Assembly: GCA_049512075.1 (NCBI GenBank)
Contig: JBEKXL010000006.1
Location: 32,001 to 96,000 of the forward strand
Direction: 5' to 3'
Length of the DNA stretch: 64,000 bases
Source: Candidatus Bathyarchaeia archaeon
GTDB lineage: Archaea; Thermoproteota; Bathyarchaeia; Bathyarchaeales; Bathycorpusculaceae
This document shows positions 57,700 to 64,000 of this stretch, piece after piece. Below the pieces are notes generated by a model. The model was not told the origin of the DNA. It saw only the letters and a program-made list of their open reading frames with translations, and did no database searches. The first letter of the stretch is position 1. Each line of letters opens with the position of its first letter. The translations under genes were made by a program, and so were the position numbers.

Positions 57700-58334
57700 T
57701 TCTTGCTTCTTGCGTACTTTTCAAACTGTCTCAGATGTTTCTCAAGCTCGTTTCTCCGGATTTCTTGGGTTATATCTCCGCGAGTGATCTCGATGAGTTT
57801 TCTAGCAACGTCACATTTCCTCCTTAGGCCTGGCACAAGCATGTAAGATTCGTCCATAGCCATGAGTTCGATGTAGATTTGGTCCATCGTTTGCAGGTAA
57901 TTTTCCCCTTTTTTTGTGTCGCCTTCGCGTAGAGCGTCCAGCACAGCGCGTCTGCATTCGCCTATTACATCAGCCAGTCCGAGCACGTAATCATCCGAAG
58001 GAGCACCAATCTCCTTAGGTGTTATGAACCTCGATTCTTGGACTAGCTTCAGGAATATGTTTGCTTCCGAGTATTCTTGAAGCGCGGCGCTGTACAGGCC
58101 GCAATAAATGATGCTGGGATGCGAGGCTGACATGTCGTTGACTCTTGAAATAGTTTTGCGTGCTTTTTCAATGAATTTTTCTGCTTCTTTCAACCTTTTT
58201 TGATGAATGAGAAGTATTGCTTGCTTCGAAAGGCTCGTTGCTTCTCTCAGATCTCTGTAAGCTGTTTCACGCACTTTGTCCTTGCACATTAGCTCTTTTC
58301 TTGTTTCATCTAGAATAGTTTTCAGAGCGTCCAT
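57696..58334 (-). CDS. Archaeal translin/Trax (C3PO-like) protein
   Basis: QEYSEA, YVLGLADVIGECRR, GLRRKCDVARKLIE motifs. Confidence 0.88.
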   Translation of the reverse strand: MDALKTILDETRKELMCKDKVRETAYRDLREATSLSKQAILLIHQKRLKEAEKFIEKARKTISRVNDMSASHPSIIYCGLYSAALQEYSEANIFLKLVQESRFITPKEIGAPSDDYVLGLADVIGECRRAVLDALREGDTKKGENYLQTMDQIYIELMAMDESYMLVPGLRRKCDVARKLIEITRGDITQEIRRNELEKHLRQFEKYARSKK

Positions 58335-58437
58335 TACGTCAGCACCTTTTTCGGTTTGGAATATGTAGAATAAACGAGTATTTTATCGTATCCTCAAAAA
58401 TAGGGACGGGCGACCGTTGCCCTGTGCCGTGCCCTGC

Positions 58438-58635
58438 TCATTCCTCTGGTACTATTTCTTTCCATTCCTCTATCAGCAGTCTGCTGTCGCCGCTTGGTCT
58501 GAAGGACACCTTTACAAATACAGAGTCGGAGCCTTTGAACGGAAACATGCTGTCTTCGGCTAAATCTTTCGGCACGTAGATGAGGTATTTGCCGTCTTTC
58601 CTCCTGAATAGGCGCCCTCGTCCATCATTAACCAT
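58438..58635 (-). CDS. Small hypothetical protein, possibly AbrB/MazE-like swapped-hairpin
   Basis: GAGGTG RBS; KDGKYLIYVPKDLA...GSDSVFVKV pattern. Confidence 0.6.
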   Translation of the reverse strand: MVNDGRGRLFRRKDGKYLIYVPKDLAEDSMFPFKGSDSVFVKVSFRPSGDSRLLIEEWKEIVPEE

Positions 58636-58729
58636 CCATCAACACCTCGATTCAATCTTTGGTTCAAGAGCAAGGGTAATGCTCGAGGGAATATTTAAGC
58701 TTTGTTCTCATTTGATTCAAAAAGAACCT

Positions 58730-58761
58730 GCCAAGAGTCAACTCGGCCAAGAGTCAACTCG
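58730..58761. repeat. Tandem 16-bp direct repeat containing a palindrome
   Basis: GCCAAGAGTCAACTCG x2; core GAGT-CA-ACTC. Confidence 0.8.
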
Positions 58762-58944
58762 GCTTCAAAAGCTGACTTAATTGCAAAGAATATTACGCGC
58801 TGTCAAATCTCCTTGAACTCTCAAGTTTGCTTAACAGTACAACGCGGCTTTCTGCAGTGGGCGGGACGCATGTTTCCAACGTAACCACTTTCAGGCGTGT
58901 TGCGCAGATGTTTCAGAGGGTGAGGATGGAGAGATAATGCGGTG

Positions 58945-60126
58945 TTACGCGTCAAAGCAGTATTGGACTTTCTGGAACTCGGCGGCGAGTTTCGCCACGT
59001 TCTTTTTGATGGTCTCCGGGTTCTCCTTGTCGATGATTGTTCTTTTGACTAGTTCGGCTATTTTCAACATTTCTGTCTCTTTCATTCCGCGTCTTGTGAC
59101 CTCGCATGTGCCAAATCTAATCACGCAGTCTGTGATTATGTTTGCGCGTTGAAGCTCTTCTGCTACGGTTCTGCCTTTTTCGTAGTCTCCGTAGTCCACT
59201 ATGACTTGGTGGGACTGGGTGAAGCCTAGGTGTTGGCAAATCACTGGGCAGCCGCAGTCTTGCAGTGCTTTGGCCAAGGATTTTGAGTTGCGGACAATCT
59301 GTGTTGCGTACGCTTTGCCGAAGTCTTTCATTTCAGCCAAGGCTAACGTAAGCGCTGCGATACGGTTCCAATGGGCATTATCTACAAAAGTAGGATAGAT
59401 CTTCTCTTTCAGGGTTTCTCCGATTTCTTTATTTGCGAGAAGTATGCCTCCTTGAGGGCCGAATAAACTCTTGTGGGTTGAGCCGAACAGGACTTGTGCG
59501 CCTTCCCGCAGTGGATCCTGGAACTGCTCGCCGGCAATAAGCCCGAGGACGTGTGAGCCGTCGAATCCCACGATTGCGCCGTTTTCGCGGGCAACTTTCG
59601 CCAGTGTGCTGACTGGATACGGAAAAAGAATCAGGCTTGCACCGAAAATCACTATTCGAGGTTTGAGAAGTGATATGGCTTCTTTTGCTTCTTCAACTCT
59701 TATGTTCCAATCTTTCTTCGAGAACGAGAAGGGAACAGGTTTAAGATTAAACAGTCCGGCGAGGCCTTCGCTCCACATTCCGGGGTATCCTCCGTCTTGC
59801 GGGGAGATGCACATGAGCGTGTCGCCTGGTTTCGTGAGGTTTGCCAGGACAATTGTGTCGGCGATGTGCCCTGAGAGCGGTCGCAGATCTGCAGTTTCAG
59901 CTTTGAACACTTCTTTTGCCAGTTTTTCACCGTATTGTTCGATTTCATCCGTGAAACGTGTTCCCATGTAGAATCGATCTCTGGAAGTGTAACGATGTGC
60001 AAGTTCCGAGGAAAGAAGTCTGCGCGCGGTTGGGCTCATTATGTTCTCGGATGGGATGAGGTTCAAACATTGCTTGCCGCGCCACTCTTCATGCCTATTG
60101 ACTAGGCTTAGAATATCCTCAATCAT
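58945..60126 (-). CDS. glyA: Serine hydroxymethyltransferase (archaeal type)
   Basis: LNLIPSEN, FYMGT, DGSHVLGLIAG, PLP lysine STHKSLFGPQGG; start moved to ATG 60126. Confidence 0.95.
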   Translation of the reverse strand: MIEDILSLVNRHEEWRGKQCLNLIPSENIMSPTARRLLSSELAHRYTSRDRFYMGTRFTDEIEQYGEKLAKEVFKAETADLRPLSGHIADTIVLANLTKPGDTLMCISPQDGGYPGMWSEGLAGLFNLKPVPFSFSKKDWNIRVEEAKEAISLLKPRIVIFGASLILFPYPVSTLAKVARENGAIVGFDGSHVLGLIAGEQFQDPLREGAQVLFGSTHKSLFGPQGGILLANKEIGETLKEKIYPTFVDNAHWNRIAALTLALAEMKDFGKAYATQIVRNSKSLAKALQDCGCPVICQHLGFTQSHQVIVDYGDYEKGRTVAEELQRANIITDCVIRFGTCEVTRRGMKETEMLKIAELVKRTIIDKENPETIKKNVAKLAAEFQKVQYCFDA

Positions 60127-60295
60127 GCCTGCACGCCTCAGCTCTTCAATACTATCTACTTCGGGCTTAAGTTGCTTTTCATTTGACACACGTGCCAAGC
60201 GCGCGTCAGAGATTGCGGGGGAAAAGGTAAAGTTTAAAATGCACCCAGTATTAGAGATGTTCACAATCTTGGATGTATAGTTCGAGGGAAGACAG

Positions 60296-62404
60296 TTGGC
60301 AAAAATTCGGCTTAGGGCCAAACAGTTAATGTGTTTGTTCTTGATGTTAACATCTGTGCTGCTGGGTTTTTCATTCTTGCCTAGAGCTAGGGCTGTGATG
60401 CAGGTGTTCTCGATCAGTCCTGCCACGGGAAATGTTGGTACGAACGTTACGTTGACGGCAAACCTGACGACGACAAATGGGGCGTATAACGTTACTTTTG
60501 ATGGGGCGGTTCAAGTTGTTGGAAATGCTACTGGAAACAACGTGACCGCCTCGTTTTTAGTTCCAGAGACAACGTTTGGCAACCACACGGTGGCGGTGGT
60601 TGATGTGAGCAACCCCCTTGAGAACGCCACATATCCTTTCTATGTTTCAACGGCATATTACATGAATGTTACTGTGCCTCCAACCCCAACACAGTTGCAG
60701 GAAGGTGACTCAGTACCGATCTTTTTGAATGTAACTGGTGAGTTTGCCAACATGACGTACGGTGCTCAGTTTGATGTTCAAAACCCCGACAATTCGACAT
60801 ACTCTGAAAAGTTGGGCATTTCAACGTCCCCCCGTGGAAGCGGTAGCGTAACACTGACTTATCCTAGAGATTTTTCGACGGGCGCTAACACCAACTACGT
60901 TGGCAATTACGCGGTTTCTGCTAACTTGACAGTTGCCCCAACGAAGTTCATCGTGAGTTTGACGAATTCGACGGAATATCACAGGATGCAGACAGTTAAC
61001 ATCAAGGCAGTCTACGCGTCTAACGAAACCGTTACGCTTAACGTGTCCGGAAACAACATTCAATATTCCGTGAATATGACCGCTGATTCTGCCGGTGTAA
61101 TCAATTATTCGAGCTTTGCAGTGCCGTTGAATGCTTCAGTGGGCACCTATAATGTGAACATTGTTTCAGTAGCTGCATCTCCGACAGTGAAGACTCCTCA
61201 AGATACTCAGAACTTCGCAGTCCCAGGTTTTGCTCTCAATGTGACTGCAAGGAACTTGGCTGGAGACCTCGTGCCAAACGCCCCCGTTAGCGCCTTTGAA
61301 AACGGGACGTCTGTCAACAATCAAACAACCGATTCGAATGGTACGACAGTGTTGATGCTTGAAATTGGAAACTACACTTTGAAAGGATATTTCCAAGGTG
61401 TGGAGGTCGGAGAAGGCCATTTTGAGGTAAACAACACCGAAGCAAGTAATCTTGTACTCAATCTTACAGATCTGAACGTTAGAGTTGTTGCGATTGTGAA
61501 CGGTGCTGAAGTAGGCATCCCCGAAGCGGGAGTCTACCTGACACCGGAGAACGTGACCTTGACAACGGATGTCACTGGAAACGTGGTGGCACAATCACTG
61601 TTGCCAAATAGTACCTACACTCTGAACGCATCGCGGTACAACACGCCGTTTAACGTGACAACGATTATCGAGTCTTCTTCAAACAACACTGTCAACGGAA
61701 CGATTACAAGTCTACTGGTCGGTGGAAGCCCAGTGCCCTTCTTCAACGTAACCATTAGTTGCCCCTCGTACACATTGCAAGTCCAAGCCTTCAAGGCAGA
61801 TGGGCAGCCATTCAGTAATGCTGCGGTGGAGGCCAAAGAGCTGGTTGGCGGCATTAACTATGACGGAAACACTGATTCGAATGGCACTGTCGCTTTCCAA
61901 AATGCTACTCTTGGCGAGTACTATGTGGAGATTCTTGACAGTGCAGGAAAGGAGCTTAACAGCACGACAGTAAACCTGTTCCAAGATCAAAACGTGACCG
62001 TGAACTGTAATCTCTTCGGCTTGAACATTTCGGTCACGGTGACTGACTACTTTGGACAACCGTTTGCAAACACGAACGTAACGTTGCAGGAAAACGGCGT
62101 TGAACCGATTTCGAGTCGGACACAAGCCAATGGCATGGTTACGTTTGCCAATCTGGTAGGTGACAGTTACAGTGTCTCGGTCTACTTGTCAGATCAGGGT
62201 CCACCAACCATGATTGAGGGTCTTCTTGTTGATGGTTCAACAACGGTTTCGATTACAATGAACAGGTACGTGTTGTTGGCTGGGCTTCCAGTTGAAACAA
62301 GTCAACTGGCGGTAGTCATAATCATCGTGCTGAGTGTGCTTCTGGTTCTTTCATTGGAAGTCTACAGGAGAAGAAGAAACAAGAGTCAAAAAACAGACAG
62401 TTGA
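60296..62404 (+). CDS. Cell-surface glycoprotein with IPT/TIG-like and carboxypeptidase-regulatory-like beta-sandwich repeats, C-terminal TM anchor
   Basis: Signal peptide ending ARA; ISPATGNVGTNVT; repeated TDxNG..L..GxY units; dense sequons; TM + RRRRNK. Confidence 0.8.
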   Translation: MAKIRLRAKQLMCLFLMLTSVLLGFSFLPRARAVMQVFSISPATGNVGTNVTLTANLTTTNGAYNVTFDGAVQVVGNATGNNVTASFLVPETTFGNHTVAVVDVSNPLENATYPFYVSTAYYMNVTVPPTPTQLQEGDSVPIFLNVTGEFANMTYGAQFDVQNPDNSTYSEKLGISTSPRGSGSVTLTYPRDFSTGANTNYVGNYAVSANLTVAPTKFIVSLTNSTEYHRMQTVNIKAVYASNETVTLNVSGNNIQYSVNMTADSAGVINYSSFAVPLNASVGTYNVNIVSVAASPTVKTPQDTQNFAVPGFALNVTARNLAGDLVPNAPVSAFENGTSVNNQTTDSNGTTVLMLEIGNYTLKGYFQGVEVGEGHFEVNNTEASNLVLNLTDLNVRVVAIVNGAEVGIPEAGVYLTPENVTLTTDVTGNVVAQSLLPNSTYTLNASRYNTPFNVTTIIESSSNNTVNGTITSLLVGGSPVPFFNVTISCPSYTLQVQAFKADGQPFSNAAVEAKELVGGINYDGNTDSNGTVAFQNATLGEYYVEILDSAGKELNSTTVNLFQDQNVTVNCNLFGLNISVTVTDYFGQPFANTNVTLQENGVEPISSRTQANGMVTFANLVGDSYSVSVYLSDQGPPTMIEGLLVDGSTTVSITMNRYVLLAGLPVETSQLAVVIIIVLSVLLVLSLEVYRRRRNKSQKTDS

Positions 62405-62495
62405 GCCAGAATAAGGAGTTTTGAAGAAAAAAGTTTATATGATGTTTAAGGCAAGATATTGCTTAAGAGACTTAGCTAGCGACGTAATTTTGTAA

Positions 62496-62810
62496 ATGAA
62501 ATGGTCAAAGAGAGTGCATGCATTGGCACAGGTTAAAGCTTGTTCTCCAAAATGTCAATCCTTCAAATGTGTAAAAGAAGCAACTGTCCCCCGTGGGGAT
62601 GCCGCGTGGTGCAGATGGACAGAAGAGATGTGCGACATTCCAAACTGCACGTATGCCATGTGCATGAAAAGGCGACTGTTGCCGAAGGGAGTGTGTGGAG
62701 AAAGCATAAAAAGAAAAACTGTTGAGAAACAGCCGGACGAAGTCGTAGGTCCGGCGATAAAGCTTCGTGGCAGAGCGCTTCGCAGGATTGGAGAGAAGGA
62801 GATATTCTGA
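62496..62810 (+). CDS. Small Cys-rich hypothetical protein
   Basis: Eight cysteines (C..C..C, CRW...C...C.YAMC...GVCG); TATA upstream; true start may be the downstream TTG. Confidence 0.7.
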   Translation: MKWSKRVHALAQVKACSPKCQSFKCVKEATVPRGDAAWCRWTEEMCDIPNCTYAMCMKRRLLPKGVCGESIKRKTVEKQPDEVVGPAIKLRGRALRRIGEKEIF

Positions 62811-62876
62811 AGCAGAGCTTTCAACAGTGAGAGCGCTAGAGGTTCAGAAAAATCGTTTTCCCTTTATTTTTCTGCT

Positions 62877-63044
62877 TCACGTGGCTGGGATACGCTTGAC
62901 AACGGGCGGCTTCACCTTGCGCAGAACTCTGTAGCCGCAAACTATGCATTTAGTTTCCCCACCGCGCAGCTCTAGTTCTTCCGAAGGAACCTTCGCTCCG
63001 CACCTTACGCACTCATAAACTATGCCCGCTGGTGCCCTTTCCAT
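62877..63044 (-). CDS. rpoP: RNA polymerase subunit P (Rpo12)
   Basis: YECVRCG...KCIVCGYRVLRKVKPPVVKRI; start moved to ATG 63044. Confidence 0.92.
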   Translation of the reverse strand: MERAPAGIVYECVRCGAKVPSEELELRGGETKCIVCGYRVLRKVKPPVVKRIPAT

Positions 63045-63344
63045 GCTGTTTCCTCTTCCTAACAAGGAAATCCATTTTGCTTTTAAATGTTTCCAGAGGT
63101 TTCTGTATTCCTGGCGCGCGCTGGAGCAACGGGTCCAAACTGGCACCCAGTGGGCTTGGACATCGAAGTCTCCGAACGGGATAGAAGTGGTTGAAGCATG
63201 TGCAGGTGTTGCGATTAGTCGACTGTTGCAATAGGTGAGCTGATTGAGGAAGAGGAACAGTTCGCGCTCCTAGTGATGCTGAGCCCGTGGAAAAACCTTG
63301 AGTAAAGTGGTCCCTGGTTTGGGCGAACAATAAGTGCGGTTTTC

Positions 63345-63671
63345 GTGAAAGAGTTTTATAGTTGCAAAGCAAAAGGGAAATTGGAGGAATGGCTCATCAA
63401 GAAGAAATTGATGGAAATACTCGCGTGTCCAATTGACAAGGAATACCCCTTAGAACTGCTTGTCTTTGAGGAAAAAGAGGAGATTGTGGAAGGGTTGATC
63501 ATCTGTCCGAAATGTTCAAGGTGGTACCCGATACGCGACGAGATTCCTGAAATGCTGCCGGATGAGATGCGAACGGAAAAGGAGGACTTGCCTTTTTTGA
63601 AGAAGTGGAAGGCTAAAACTCCGGAGAAGATTCTGCGAGAGGGCAAGCCGTTCAACCTCGGGAAGCGCTGA
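63345..63671 (+). CDS. trm112: Trm112-family methyltransferase activator (start uncertain)
   Basis: LMEILACPIDK..PLEL...EGLIICPKCSRWYPIRDEIPEMLPD. Confidence 0.9.
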   Translation: MKEFYSCKAKGKLEEWLIKKKLMEILACPIDKEYPLELLVFEEKEEIVEGLIICPKCSRWYPIRDEIPEMLPDEMRTEKEDLPFLKKWKAKTPEKILREGKPFNLGKR

Positions 63672-63684
63672 GGATTTGCCGTGC

Positions 63685-64000
63685 CTATTTCAGTTTGACT
63701 ATTCTGTTTGTTGATGAGGATTTTATCGCTGATTCAGCTATTCTGAGCGCTTTCAGCCCGTCGAGGCCTGTTATCAGCGGTTTCTCTTTCTTCAGAATGC
63801 AATTTGCAAAGTGTTGAAGCTCAAGTTTTAAGGGTTCTTGAACTTGGTATCTCGGTTGCACTGTCTCCTTCGCGTCTTCAACCGTTAACTCTTGGGTGAT
63901 GTAGTCAAGCCTCATTATGGCTTCGCTGCCCGTAGCTATCAGAATTCGAGTCTTGTACGGTGTTAGCCAGTTAGATTCGATGAACGCGCTTTTTCCTCCT
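63685..64000 (-). CDS. Gfo/Idh/MocA oxidoreductase, C-terminal part (5' end outside the window)
   Basis: FIESNWLTPYKTR...DYITQ...EPLKLELQHF...ITGLDGLKALRIAE. Confidence 0.85.
   Translation of the reverse strand, partial: GGKSAFIESNWLTPYKTRILIATGSEAIMRLDYITQELTVEDAKETVQPRYQVQEPLKLELQHFANCILKKEKPLITGLDGLKALRIAESAIKSSSTNRIVKLK

Noticed and set aside
60127-60426. 100-aa N-terminal extension of GlyA overlapping the divergent gene
   Set aside because: Spans the divergent promoter region; homology starts at MIEDIL (60126).
63047-63340. Expected rpl37ae upstream of rpoP; ORFs 63013-63372 (-) and 63022-63234 (+)
   Set aside because: No CxxC zinc-ribbon L37ae sequence seen in the listed frames; the ORFs look non-coding.

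Overview
Archaeal chromosomal window, most consistent with a TACK lineage such as Bathyarchaeia. This is inferred from eL13/eL15, Gins15/Gins23, a thaumarchaeosortase-like peptidase, intron-containing tRNAs at non-canonical positions and frequent TTG/GTG starts. It holds a type IV pilus-type ATPase/platform pair, several large secreted or S-layer-like glycoproteins, two glycosylation islands, CofE, geranylgeranyl reductase and the eL15-eL13-DUF54-Rpp30-Pop5 block. It also holds three tRNAs (Val-CAC and Phe-GAA with introns, Gly-GCC), HypA plus ATPase-type HypB, the PCNA-PriL-PriS-Gins15-eL42-eS27-aIF2a-Nop10-PAC2 cluster interrupted by envelope genes, Gins23-MCM, GDH plus a stand-alone FMN glutamate-synthase-family gene, RFC, SHMT, RpoP and Trm112. 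No CRISPR array, rRNA, transposase or integrase was seen. Best leads: (1) a translationally coupled translin-EndoV-YhaM-like HD-tRNA-binding OB operon, a candidate RNA/tRNA quality-control system; (2) the GDH/GltB-like pair sharing a near-identical promoter element; (3) unannotated structured ncRNA candidates at 22.9, 25.5 and 26.75 kb; (4) 12-bp-periodic TGTAAT arrays beside a pseudogene scar downstream of mcm; (5) a coupled Dph6-like ligase plus glutamine amidotransferase. All calls come from reading motifs; no database searches were run.
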